From an uncultured virus (IMG/VR IMGVR_UViG_3300028840_005337) (taxonomy: Duplodnaviria; Heunggongvirae; Uroviricota; Caudoviricetes), in the IMG/VR virus record IMGVR_UViG_3300028840_005337, positions 1 to 64,000 of that record: a stretch of 64,000 nt of DNA. One strand, 5' to 3'. The notes under the pieces are model-generated. The model did not search any database. It saw only the letters and a list, made by a program, of their open reading frames with translations, and was not told where the DNA came from. Below are positions 1 through 9,573 of this stretch, one piece after another (the first letter of the stretch is position 1; the number at the start of each line of letters is the position of its first letter). The position numbers and the translations under genes were made by a program.

Positions 1-1753
1 GCTCGATGCGTTGGCGGGCGGCGGTGGCGGCACGGTCCAAGGATCGGACGCGACCTACGACATCCAAGCAGCCAACGAAGGCACGGTCGCAGGTAACGCC
101 CGTGGTGAAAACTCGGTCGACCTCCAGACTGACCGTGCCCTGGCAACGCAGGTAGCCTCGGCGACGTATTCGGTCATCGTCGGCGGTGCTCGCAACCGTG
201 TCGACGAGAGCTACAGCTCGATTCTGGGCGGCTATGCCAACTACATCGCTGCGTCTTCGCTGGCGGGTTACCATGTTATTCTCGGCGGCAGCACGAACAC
301 CATCTCTGCGACAACAGGCGAGTTCAACGCCATCGTCAGCGGAGAGGTCAACCAGATTGGCGTGACGACAGCGGCTTCGGATTACTGTCTCATAGCCAGC
401 GGGCAGCTCAACAAAGCTGATGGCAACTACAACGTGATCTGCGGCGGCTACAACGGCAACTTGGACTCGGCGACTTACGGTTTCATCGGCAACGGCAGCA
501 ATATCGTCGCGACATCGACGGGCTCCTTCAACACGGTTCTGAACGGCTTCTCGCATGATCTGACGGGCTCGGGAGACTACGGGCTGATCCTGCAAGGCAA
601 CAACAACCAGCTCTCGGCCTTCTATTCGACGGTCATCAACGGCATCAACTGCACGGCGACTGCCAATGGTGCCCTCGTCGCGGGAAACACGAACGACTGT
701 GCCTCTATCTACGGTGTTTGTTTCGGCAACGTGAATGACGTAGGCACTGGCGGGCAATGCAGCATCCTCGGCGGGTCTAGCAACGACATCTTCGCAGGCA
801 ACTCCAATACGATCTGCGGCGGGCAGAGCAACGTAATCACGACGGCCCAGTCTGATTACAACTTCATCGGCTGCGGCAGCAGCAACACGATCGGCGGCGT
901 CGGTAGCGACCGAAATGCCATCTGCGCCGGTGCGACCAACGCTATCGGAACGACGCACGCCTCCTTCAACTGCTTCATCGGCAGCGGCTCTCAGAACCTC
1001 ATCAACGCTGATTATGGCGTCATTGGTGGTGGGCTGGACAACGAGATCCAGACTGGCGGCGACTATACGTTCATCGGCTCCGGTACGGATCACATCGTCA
1101 ACGCGTTGTACTGCGTCGTCGCTGGCGGGCACACCAATGTCATCAACACCGGCTCGAACTACGCCGTTATCCTGGGTGGCCTGCAAAACACGATCACCAC
1201 CGCCGACCACAGTTACGTGCTTGGCAGCAACTGCACAATTTCGTCTGGTGCCGATTACTCACAGGTGAGCGGTTATTACGGCGACGCTTACAACTACGGG
1301 CAGCGAGCGAGGGCTTCCGGGCGCTTTGCAGCCACTGGCGATGCACAGACCAGCGAATACACTATTCGGCGTGCGTTGAATCACATTAACAATTCCTGGT
1401 ACGACCTGACGCCTAGCGGTGCCAATCTTACAGGTTCAAACGGGATGGTGTTGAAAGCCAACGCCACCTGGACATTCGACGGGATCGTTGTCGGGTCCAA
1501 CGACGCGCAGAGCAAGACAATCCACTGGCGTGTCACCGGTGCCATCAAGAACGTCGGCGGAACGATGACACTGAAGAACGCGGTTGTCGACGTCATCGAC
1601 AACAGCGACGATACGCTGTATGAGTGCCAAGTAGTAGCAAATACTACCTATGACGCGCTCAGTATCCAGGTGCGTCGCTCTGTGGCTGGCGCAGCGCCAG
1701 CCGATTCCATGCGATGGGTAGCTCACGTACGCACAGTTGAGGTGATCTACTAA
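1..1753 (+). CDS. Tail fibre/receptor-binding-like protein, 5' partial
   Basis: Frame is open to the window edge. Many Gly/Asn-rich (I/V)xGGxxNxI beta-solenoid-type repeats. Lies in the virion gene block and is a paralogue of the next ORF. Confidence 0.7.
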   Translation, partial: LDALAGGGGGTVQGSDATYDIQAANEGTVAGNARGENSVDLQTDRALATQVASATYSVIVGGARNRVDESYSSILGGYANYIAASSLAGYHVILGGSTNTISATTGEFNAIVSGEVNQIGVTTAASDYCLIASGQLNKADGNYNVICGGYNGNLDSATYGFIGNGSNIVATSTGSFNTVLNGFSHDLTGSGDYGLILQGNNNQLSAFYSTVINGINCTATANGALVAGNTNDCASIYGVCFGNVNDVGTGGQCSILGGSSNDIFAGNSNTICGGQSNVITTAQSDYNFIGCGSSNTIGGVGSDRNAICAGATNAIGTTHASFNCFIGSGSQNLINADYGVIGGGLDNEIQTGGDYTFIGSGTDHIVNALYCVVAGGHTNVINTGSNYAVILGGLQNTITTADHSYVLGSNCTISSGADYSQVSGYYGDAYNYGQRARASGRFAATGDAQTSEYTIRRALNHINNSWYDLTPSGANLTGSNGMVLKANATWTFDGIVVGSNDAQSKTIHWRVTGAIKNVGGTMTLKNAVVDVIDNSDDTLYECQVVANTTYDALSIQVRRSVAGAAPADSMRWVAHVRTVEVIY

Positions 1754-2796
1754 TGACAGTTGAACTCAACCATACAGCCAACACGATCGAGGCCATCGGC
1801 TCCGAGGGTTCGCTGATCAACTTCGGCGAAGGCATCGTCCAGGGCACCGACGGCAACACATACAATATACGTGCCGGTAACGAGGGTGCGACCACCGGCA
1901 ACGCCCGTGGTGAAAACTCGGTCGACCTACAGACGTTCCGCGACGCTGCCGACGACGTAGCGGGCGCCATTTACTCGGTCATTGTCGGCGGAGACTCCAA
2001 CCAGATCGACTCCGGCGGCGCACGCTCGTCCATCGTAGGCGGCCAGGACAACTGGATTACACAGCCGTGGGGCTTCATCGGCGGCGGACAGGAGAACCAG
2101 GCCGGAGCGACACATGCGGTCGTCTGCGGCGGCTACTCCAACCAAGTCTCGAACATCTACGGGTTCATCGGCGGCGGCTACAACGGCTTGGTGAGCGGCC
2201 AGTACGGCAGCGTGGTCGGCGGCCTCGACAACCAGTGCCAAGCCAACTATGGCGTGGTCATTGGCGGCGACGACTGCTGGGTACATGCCAATGCTCCGTA
2301 CGGCGTCGCACACGGACTCGAAGCACAGGCCATGCGGTACACAGAGCGATGCTTCGCCAATGGCCAGTTCTTCGACCGCGGGGACAACCAGTTCGGCGAG
2401 ATGATGCTGTCGCGATCTGTGACGCACTCATCGACAGCCTGGTTTGATTTGTACCTCAACGGTACAGATACCACGCATCTGGCGGTACTGGATACGGCGG
2501 TCAACGGCAACACCATCTGGACGTTCGAGGCTATGCTCGTCGGAGCCACCAGCGGTCTGGGCAAGACGTTCAGCTACAAGATCACTGGCTGCGTTGAATG
2601 CGACAACGGCACGATGTCGATCCTGGGCCAGTCCACAAGCGTTATTCACGAGAGCGACACCAATTTCAACGCACAGGCAGCCGTTGACGGGACCAACCGG
2701 GCGCTGCTCATCCAGGTTTCAGATAGCGGCGCTGCCAGTGATGTGGTACGCTGGGTCTGTCACCTGAAAACCGTACAGCTACGCTGGAATACATAG
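1753..2796 (+). CDS. Tail fibre-like protein, shorter paralogue
   Basis: Same GGxxN repeats. Shares GNARGENSVDLQT and a similar C-terminal domain (WTF...RWV) with the upstream ORF. TAATG coupling. Confidence 0.7.
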   Translation: MTVELNHTANTIEAIGSEGSLINFGEGIVQGTDGNTYNIRAGNEGATTGNARGENSVDLQTFRDAADDVAGAIYSVIVGGDSNQIDSGGARSSIVGGQDNWITQPWGFIGGGQENQAGATHAVVCGGYSNQVSNIYGFIGGGYNGLVSGQYGSVVGGLDNQCQANYGVVIGGDDCWVHANAPYGVAHGLEAQAMRYTERCFANGQFFDRGDNQFGEMMLSRSVTHSSTAWFDLYLNGTDTTHLAVLDTAVNGNTIWTFEAMLVGATSGLGKTFSYKITGCVECDNGTMSILGQSTSVIHESDTNFNAQAAVDGTNRALLIQVSDSGAASDVVRWVCHLKTVQLRWNT

Positions 2797-2807
2797 GAGA
2801 ATCAAGA

Positions 2808-3131
2808 ATGAGTATGCAACGTACTTTCGACGACGAGTGTGGGAGCACCCACGCCTCGGCGTACCACAAGATCACGAACCTGCGAAATACGCGGGATGCC
2901 GAGTCCATGGTCATCTCCGTCTCGATCTTCAAGGACGCACAGGCCAAGACCGACGACAAGGCGCCGGTTGGCTCCTTCGCGTGCCGCGTGAAGGGTACCG
3001 ACTACACCACGTACTTCGGTAACGCTGCCGTCGCGCTCGTCGACAAGAGCGAAGTGGTCAAGGCGTACGAGTACCTGAAGGCTGAGACGCCGGAATACGA
3101 CGGTACTGCGGGTACGGTCACCGACGTCTAA
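2808..3131 (+). CDS. Small hypothetical protein, possible tail fibre assembly factor
   Basis: AGGAG RBS; lies directly after the fibre genes. Confidence 0.55.
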   Translation: MSMQRTFDDECGSTHASAYHKITNLRNTRDAESMVISVSIFKDAQAKTDDKAPVGSFACRVKGTDYTTYFGNAAVALVDKSEVVKAYEYLKAETPEYDGTAGTVTDV

Positions 3132-3145
3132 GAACCGAGGGGCCG

Positions 3146-4048
3146 ATGGCTGAGAAATACTTCCAACTCGATAAGAACCTCCCTGGCGTCACTGCGCAGG
3201 AGCTGTCGTGGCTGGGCGGGCTGAATGACTACATCCAGCCGCAACTGGACGCTACCAATGCGCGAATGCTGACGACCAGGATGGGGGCTCGCAAGAGCAC
3301 CGCCGGCACCCTGACAAAGGGGACGCCGTGCTATTTCGTTGGCTGGGATGCCGTCAATATGGTCATGCTTGTCGAGGCATCTGACGCCAGCGATCCGGCT
3401 ACGATGCCGGCACGCATGATCGTGGACGAGGAGATGACAGACTCGACCACTGGGCATGCGTCTGTCATTGGCGAGCTGGAAGACATCAACACATCGGGCT
3501 TCGTCGCGGGCGACGTGCTGTACGTGGTGGCAGGCGGCGGCCTTACCAAGACACCACCTGCTGCGCCCAGCAAACAGCAGAAGGTTGCCTTCGTGCTGTT
3601 TGCCCATGCGGCTTCCGGCAGGATCGCATTTGCTCCGCTGTTGTCTGGGCACTCGCACTCGCTCGACGAGATCGAGAACCTTGACCTGATGGTCGTGACG
3701 ACGGCAGGGCAGAATACGCCGTACTTCGAGGTCAACCAGGTGACGTGGACCTCAGTGGCTAACCTACCGTACGACGGAGCCAACGCCGTACTCGATAAGA
3801 TCACCGCAGTGGTCAGCCGCAACGGTACGTCCGGCACGGCTGAACTTCGGATCTACGACGTGACCAACAGCCAGGTGATCGCGACGATCACATGGACGGA
3901 TGATACGATCCACTTGGAAGAGACCACAACCATCAACAACCTGCCATCCAGCAATGCCGTGTTCGAGATCCAGATGCGTAAGAGCACAGGCGGCGGCGTG
4001 AAGACAGCCCGGTGCCACTCGGTACGGTTCCGGCAAAACTCGACGTAG
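3146..4048 (+). CDS. Putative virion structural protein
   Basis: GAGG RBS. N-terminal decoration-like region (GDVLYV). C-terminal domain is shared with 4057..4560. Confidence 0.55.
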   Translation: MAEKYFQLDKNLPGVTAQELSWLGGLNDYIQPQLDATNARMLTTRMGARKSTAGTLTKGTPCYFVGWDAVNMVMLVEASDASDPATMPARMIVDEEMTDSTTGHASVIGELEDINTSGFVAGDVLYVVAGGGLTKTPPAAPSKQQKVAFVLFAHAASGRIAFAPLLSGHSHSLDEIENLDLMVVTTAGQNTPYFEVNQVTWTSVANLPYDGANAVLDKITAVVSRNGTSGTAELRIYDVTNSQVIATITWTDDTIHLEETTTINNLPSSNAVFEIQMRKSTGGGVKTARCHSVRFRQNST

Positions 4049-4056
4049 GTGACTTA

Positions 4057-4560
4057 ATGGCCCACGAACATTGCTACTCATATGACTGTGAGACGTGCAA
4101 CATCGTCGAGGAATGGCGAGAGGACAAAGACGGTGCGCCTACGGAATGTGTCAACGATTCCGGCCACACAGTGGATTGGACCACGCTGAAGATCGTGGGC
4201 TCCCGCGACGTGTTGCCCTATGTGACGCTCAACTTCTCCGACGGCACCAACCCATGGTACGAGACACAGAGTACCGACTGGGTCACTGTCGGGTCGTTCC
4301 GCTACGACATCGACGACGGTGAGCGGCACTACCTGTGGGTCGTTGTGGACAAGATTGGCACTGCCGGTACCGCCCGTGTGCGTGTCCGTAACATCGGCGA
4401 GAACAACAACCTATTTTTCAAAGGATGGTCCGAGGAAGGCTACCAAACCAAAAAGGACCCGCCGGCCAATCAGCCGACCCAGAATTCGATCATGGAGGTG
4501 CAGGTGCAGGTAACAGACGCGTCCGACATTCTGCGGATCTACTCCGCCATGATCTACTAG
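4057..4560 (+). CDS. Putative virion protein with N-terminal Cys/His motif
   Basis: ATG at 4057 after AGGTG. YSYDCET...APTECxxDxGHT motif is shared with the next ORF. Confidence 0.55.
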   Translation: MAHEHCYSYDCETCNIVEEWREDKDGAPTECVNDSGHTVDWTTLKIVGSRDVLPYVTLNFSDGTNPWYETQSTDWVTVGSFRYDIDDGERHYLWVVVDKIGTAGTARVRVRNIGENNNLFFKGWSEEGYQTKKDPPANQPTQNSIMEVQVQVTDASDILRIYSAMIY

Positions 4561-4570
4561 GAGCAGCCCA

Positions 4571-5383
4571 ATGGCCAAGAAATGGAATCGCTACAGCTAC
4601 TACTGCGAGACAGAGCAGCTGCACATCGTGGAGGATCAGCTCCGCGACGTCGCGCCTACGCAGTGTCAACACGATGCCGGGCACACAATCACAGCCGACA
4701 GCGTCTCCATCGTGGAGACCATCCACAAAGGCCAGGTCGAGGTTGAGAACACCGTCGACAAAGAGGATCACGATCCTGTCCGCGTTGTCGTAGCGCCAGG
4801 ACGTACCGGCTACCGGATGTGTGACCGTGATATCAAAATCATCACCGCCAAGATGGGCGACGAGTCGTTCGAGGACATGAAGGTCAATATGGCCGATAAC
4901 GTCCGCATTGGGTGGGGCGAAGTAACCGTGGTGGGCGTCTACAAGGACGACGGAGCTGGCGGCTACGAGCTCTGTGCCGATCAGACCGACGCGGACAGCA
5001 ACGCCTGCCTGACTATCCTGGACTTCCATCCGAACGATCAGGAAGCAACGCCGACAAAGACCGTCTACGAGATCCAGGGCGGCACACTCTGGGTCGACGA
5101 CAGCCTGCCGAACGACGCCAACAAGTGGGAGCACCAAGTCTACGTTATCGTGGCACCAAATATCCCGAAGGCGATGGGCGGCGGTGTGCGGTTCTTCGAC
5201 GGGTATCTCTACCCGTATAAGGGCAACTGGATGCAAACCAACAACACGCTGGCTATTGAGTTGGACCCTGCACAGTCAATCGAGGTATCCCGTCTCCGCG
5301 TCTGGGCGTATTACCCAGCAGGTGCCGGGTCGCACACGCATATTCTGCGTCTGCGTACGTTCCGTCCGACGAGTACGTTCTAA
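4571..5383 (+). CDS. Putative virion protein with N-terminal Cys/His motif
   Basis: AGGAG RBS; YSYYCET...APTQCxxDxGHT motif. Confidence 0.55.
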   Translation: MAKKWNRYSYYCETEQLHIVEDQLRDVAPTQCQHDAGHTITADSVSIVETIHKGQVEVENTVDKEDHDPVRVVVAPGRTGYRMCDRDIKIITAKMGDESFEDMKVNMADNVRIGWGEVTVVGVYKDDGAGGYELCADQTDADSNACLTILDFHPNDQEATPTKTVYEIQGGTLWVDDSLPNDANKWEHQVYVIVAPNIPKAMGGGVRFFDGYLYPYKGNWMQTNNTLAIELDPAQSIEVSRLRVWAYYPAGAGSHTHILRLRTFRPTSTF

Positions 5384-5393
5384 AGGAAGAGTG

Positions 5394-6032
5394 ATGCCGA
5401 TTATCTGGGTAAGAGTACCGAAGTGCGGAGCGACCTCGTTCCTCCATGTGCTTCGAGAGAACGGTATGCAGGCGCGGAACCTCAAGAAGGTCCAGTGTGC
5501 CGGCATCGACAATCTGAACCACCTCAAGAACGAGGTGGCGATCCTGACGGGACCGAACGGCAATTCGTACTACGATTATGCATCCGTGCGGAACACGTGG
5601 TCGTTCGCCGTTGTCCGCAACCCGTGGGCGAGAGTGGTCTCCGCCTGGCGATTCTGCACGCTGCTCAAGAACAAGACGCTGCGACGCGTGCTGCAGGAGC
5701 TGCCACACAAGAACCAGTTCGACGGGATCTACGCGGACGCGGACCCGAGTGAGTTGAAGTCGGCGTGGTACCACTTGACCCTGCCCCAGGTGCAGTTTGT
5801 CAAGGACCGCCAGGGGAACATGCGACCGAACCGGATCATAAAGCTGGAGGAAATCGCCGTTGGAATGGACCCGGTATGGGACCATTTAGGCCTCCCAAAG
5901 CAGGAGATGCCTCGCCTTAATACCTCCGGCCATCCACGGTATACTGAATACTACGACGCGAAAACACGGAAGATGGTGGACCGCCTCTTCGAAGAGGACA
6001 TCCAGACATTCGGCTACTCGTTTGGCCTGTAG
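5394..6032 (+). CDS. PAPS-dependent sulfotransferase (Sulfotransfer_2-like)
   Basis: 5'-PSB motif VRVPKCGATS, 3'-PB motif FAVVRNPWARVVSAW, C-terminal FEEDIQTFGY. Confidence 0.85.
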   Translation: MPIIWVRVPKCGATSFLHVLRENGMQARNLKKVQCAGIDNLNHLKNEVAILTGPNGNSYYDYASVRNTWSFAVVRNPWARVVSAWRFCTLLKNKTLRRVLQELPHKNQFDGIYADADPSELKSAWYHLTLPQVQFVKDRQGNMRPNRIIKLEEIAVGMDPVWDHLGLPKQEMPRLNTSGHPRYTEYYDAKTRKMVDRLFEEDIQTFGYSFGL

Positions 6033-6043
6033 GAGACCACAAA

Positions 6044-6442
6044 ATGGCAATGCCACGCATCACGTCCCGCGCAACGTACACCACGCCGTCAGCGGTGGAG
6101 AAGGATTACACCGACCTAGAGCTCGATCGATTTACCGTGAAGGCCCTGCCCAACGGTGACAAGTTGGTCCGTGCTGAGCTGCGGCCGTACAACTGGGACA
6201 CCAAGGAGTTCGCGAACAGTCGGGCCAACGACAACGTCATCATCAACATTCCCAGCCTTGCCGCTGAAATGGACCGCTGCTCGGCGATTCAGGCGGTGGT
6301 CAACTCGCTCGGCGATCTGCTCAACAAGCTGGTGATCGAGAAACAGCTGTTGGAAGAGATCGATGCGCTGGAAGAGGGTCAGGACCCGACGGGACTGCAG
6401 AACCAGCTCAACTCAGTACGCACCCAGCTGGGTGCCACCTAA
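6044..6442 (+). CDS. Hypothetical protein
   Basis: AGGAG RBS; in operon. Confidence 0.6.
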   Translation: MAMPRITSRATYTTPSAVEKDYTDLELDRFTVKALPNGDKLVRAELRPYNWDTKEFANSRANDNVIINIPSLAAEMDRCSAIQAVVNSLGDLLNKLVIEKQLLEEIDALEEGQDPTGLQNQLNSVRTQLGAT

Positions 6443-6453
6443 GGAGCCCCATC

Positions 6454-7527
6454 ATGGCGCGGTCAGACGCAATCAATGTTCGCTCTCCGGTTATCTCTAC
6501 AGCCTATGACGAGCTGCTCACTCGCAAGAAGCGAGCAATCGCCATGGATCAGGGAACGTGCGGGATGCTGCAGGTAACCCTGCTGCGCGAGGGCTATCCG
6601 ATCAACCTCGAGGATCTGACGATCGCGACCGAGCCCGACACCAACCAGAACGTCGGCGAGCAAGACTGGGAGAACTTCGGCTGGAACGACTGGGATACCT
6701 TCATGTTCATTGAAGGCCCGCTGATCGACCCGGAGTGCAGCCTGAGTCACAGCCACGAATCGTCCTGTGCCATCGAGTTGCCTGTCGTCAAGGTCCGCTG
6801 GCGGGAGGCCTCACTGATCGACAAGAACCTCTACCAGAACGAGGCCGTGATCTTCGATGCCGAGAAGGGCATCGTGCGTGTGGAGGTCCCGGAACAGATC
6901 TACACGAAGACCGGCATCTATCTGGTGAACTTCGGCATCTTCGAGCCGGGCGTGGACCCGGACACCGATACCGATGCCTGTCCGGTGTGGCTGTACGAGG
7001 TCTACCTGTACGTCGGCCACAGCGCATGGCACAATCCGCAGCAGAACCCGCAGGTAGGCCCGCCGACCATCGACGACGTGCGGCTGGGCCTCCGTGACGC
7101 CGACCCGCTCATGAACGAGCTGATCGACAACTTCGACTTCGACCTGACGGAGATCTGCTTCGCCGCCGTGAGGACAGTCACCTTCTGGAACAACCAGCCT
7201 CCGCCGATCCTCGGGGCCACGTACTCCACCAAGAACTTCCCGTTCAGGGAGATCTGGCTGGCCGGCATCCACCACTACCTGTTCGAGCTGGCCGAGGAGC
7301 ATTACCGCCGGAACAAGCTGCAGTACAGCGCCGGTGGGGTATCGCTCGACGACAAGGCCAAGGCCCGCGACTACAACCAGGCCTGGAAGGAACGGTTCCA
7401 GAAGTTCCGATCGCTCGTGATGCATCAGAAGGCCTCCATCAACATGTCCAAGTGCTTCAGCGCGTTTGGTGCGGGCTACGGATACGGCTACGGATATGGA
7501 AGGGCAGGTTATGGCTACCGCTGGTAA
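6454..7527 (+). CDS. Putative neck/head-tail adaptor protein
   Basis: AAGGAG RBS. Position upstream of sheath/tube. C-terminal [13 protein letters not shown] and GYGYG tail. Confidence 0.5.
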   Translation: MARSDAINVRSPVISTAYDELLTRKKRAIAMDQGTCGMLQVTLLREGYPINLEDLTIATEPDTNQNVGEQDWENFGWNDWDTFMFIEGPLIDPECSLSHSHESSCAIELPVVKVRWREASLIDKNLYQNEAVIFDAEKGIVRVEVPEQIYTKTGIYLVNFGIFEPGVDPDTDTDACPVWLYEVYLYVGHSAWHNPQQNPQVGPPTIDDVRLGLRDADPLMNELIDNFDFDLTEICFAAVRTVTFWNNQPPPILGATYSTKNFPFREIWLAGIHHYLFELAEEHYRRNKLQYSAGGVSLDDKAKARDYNQAWKERFQKFRSLVMHQKASINMSKCFSAFGAGYGYGYGYGRAGYGYRW

Positions 7528-7960
7528 GACCAAGACGAAACGCTGTAGCAAGTGCAAGGAGTCGAAGCCGCTGACGGAGTTCAACAAGAGCCGTGGCAGC
7601 AGCGACGGGCTGCACAATTACTGCCGTAAGTGCTGCCGCGTGCATGAGCGCGAATGGCGAGCAAAACATGGCAATACGCCAGAATACCGGGCGCGGTGCA
7701 GCGCAAACGAACGCAAACGCCGGTACGGTATAGACAACTACGACGAGCTCTTGGAGAAACAGGCTGGCGTGTGTGCCATCTGCGGTAACACGGAGACGGC
7801 TACCCTGCGCGGTAAAGTGAAACGTCTTGCTGTGGATCACGACCATGCGACCGGAAAGATCCGCGGCCTTTTGTGTAACAACTGCAACAACATGCTCGGA
7901 CGGTCCCAAGACAATCCAGACACCCTGCGTAAAGCCGCCAACTACCTGGAGCAGGCATAA
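7511..7960 (+). CDS. Endonuclease VII-type HNH nuclease (free-standing homing endonuclease)
   Basis: CxxC zinc motif, [30 protein letters not shown]. Confidence 0.85.
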   Translation: MATAGKTKTKRCSKCKESKPLTEFNKSRGSSDGLHNYCRKCCRVHEREWRAKHGNTPEYRARCSANERKRRYGIDNYDELLEKQAGVCAICGNTETATLRGKVKRLAVDHDHATGKIRGLLCNNCNNMLGRSQDNPDTLRKAANYLEQA

Positions 7961-8778
7961 TGCCCAGAACTCGTGACAACTACGGCGAGCCGTTCGATCG
8001 CATCTACGTGGACTATGCCCTGCGCTCCGGCGTAGCGCGTGTCACGTGGGAGCTCCGCGACGATTTCCTCTGGCCAGAGCCGCATTCGTTCCAGCTCCAG
8101 GCGAACCCCAACTGGGACGAGCCGGACGACTGGGAGGATGTCGGTGCGCCTGTCGTCAACCAGTTCTACGCCATCGACGATGAGCAACGGGAGTGCGGCA
8201 AGGGCCTGCGGGCGGCCTACCGCGTGGTCCTGACGACCAGCGAGGAGACGTACACGTCCGAGGTGGCCCAGACGTACGGCAACATGACCAAGCGCCAGTG
8301 GCTGCTGGCCCGGGCCATGATGCGCCGGTTCCGCCTGCAATCCAGGCAGCTCGAGAAGTTCCCCGGCTACCTCATGAAACGCAGGATCCACAATGCTGTA
8401 TGCACAGAGTGTGTCCACCCCATCACGGGCGGCATCATCAACTCGGACTGTCTTGCGTGCAAGGGCACCGGCAAGGTCGACGGATACTGGAAAGCTGTGG
8501 AGGATACGCTGTTCGAGTGCGCCCCCGAGAACGAGGACACCAAGCGTAGCCAGCGCGGCACCGTCAATGACAACGTCATCGTGGGGCGGTTCATTGGAAT
8601 TCCCCCGGTAAAACGGAACGACGTCTGGATCGAAGCAGATAGTGACCGAAGGTACGTCGTCAACTCCGTCCGCGGGGTGGCGGAGTTGCGACGCGTCCCC
8701 CTGATTGTACAAGCCGAGCTTCGGCTGGTAGAATTTGGTGACGTGCTGTACGATGTGGATCCAGAGGAGGGGAACTAA
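7960..8778 (+). CDS. Putative head completion/neck protein with Zn motif
   Basis: CTEC...CLACKGTG motif; synteny before sheath. Confidence 0.5.
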   Translation: MPRTRDNYGEPFDRIYVDYALRSGVARVTWELRDDFLWPEPHSFQLQANPNWDEPDDWEDVGAPVVNQFYAIDDEQRECGKGLRAAYRVVLTTSEETYTSEVAQTYGNMTKRQWLLARAMMRRFRLQSRQLEKFPGYLMKRRIHNAVCTECVHPITGGIINSDCLACKGTGKVDGYWKAVEDTLFECAPENEDTKRSQRGTVNDNVIVGRFIGIPPVKRNDVWIEADSDRRYVVNSVRGVAELRRVPLIVQAELRLVEFGDVLYDVDPEEGN

Positions 8779-8934
8779 TGCCAGTACAAGGCGCGCCTGA
8801 GAAACTGCAGCCGCAAGAGCCGGAAGAGGCCCCGCGCAACCCGTTCCTGCTGCCGATAAGCATCAGACGCTGGAAACCGCCGCAATATCTCATCGACATC
8901 TTCGACGATGAGCTATCCAAACAGGAACGAGCAA

Positions 8935-9564
8935 ATGCCGGAAGATTGGACCTCAACTCCTGATACGTTGTGCGCGCTGGGGCCCACGCCCCAGATCATG
9001 ACTAGCCTGTTCCTCACCTGGCTGCGTGAGCATTTCTCGGACTCGGACAACATCGAGCACGCCATCTTCCGTGATCGGTTGTGGGACTCCGAGGCCTGCG
9101 CCACCCGCGTCATGATCGAGGACGCGACGGTCTGGACGCCGGAGATGACCCAGCGCCGCCCGGCCCTGCTGGTCAAGCGGAACTCCTGGGAGCATACGAA
9201 ACGCTTCACGTTCGACAGCCAGTCGGGCACGACCGAGGACGGACGCCCTACATACACCAAGCTGTGGCGGGGCAGCCACACGATCTTCGCCGTCTCCCCG
9301 GAAGGAGGGGAGTGCGAGATCCTTGTGGCCGAGACCTATCGATTCCTGATGCACTTCGGACCGATATTCCGGCAGTACTTCAACCTGATGAAGTTCGAGT
9401 TGCTGCAGGTTGGCGAACTCTCGATGATCGAGGAGACCAGCAAGGCCTACGCCTGCCCGATCACCGTCGCGTACGGTTGGCAGGAGAACTGGGCCATCCG
9501 ACCATGGGGTCCCAACATCACCGACCTGCGGCTGTCGCAAATCTTCGAGACATACTACGGGTAA
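8935..9564 (+). CDS. Putative tail completion/terminator protein
   Basis: Directly upstream of sheath. Start uncertain (8908 or 8935). Confidence 0.45.
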   Translation: MPEDWTSTPDTLCALGPTPQIMTSLFLTWLREHFSDSDNIEHAIFRDRLWDSEACATRVMIEDATVWTPEMTQRRPALLVKRNSWEHTKRFTFDSQSGTTEDGRPTYTKLWRGSHTIFAVSPEGGECEILVAETYRFLMHFGPIFRQYFNLMKFELLQVGELSMIEETSKAYACPITVAYGWQENWAIRPWGPNITDLRLSQIFETYYG

Positions 9565-9573
9565 AGGGAGAGA

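Noticed and set aside
1..2796. Diversity-generating retroelement acting on the tail fibres
   Set aside because: No reverse transcriptase and no TR/VR pair with adenine-specific differences seen in the window
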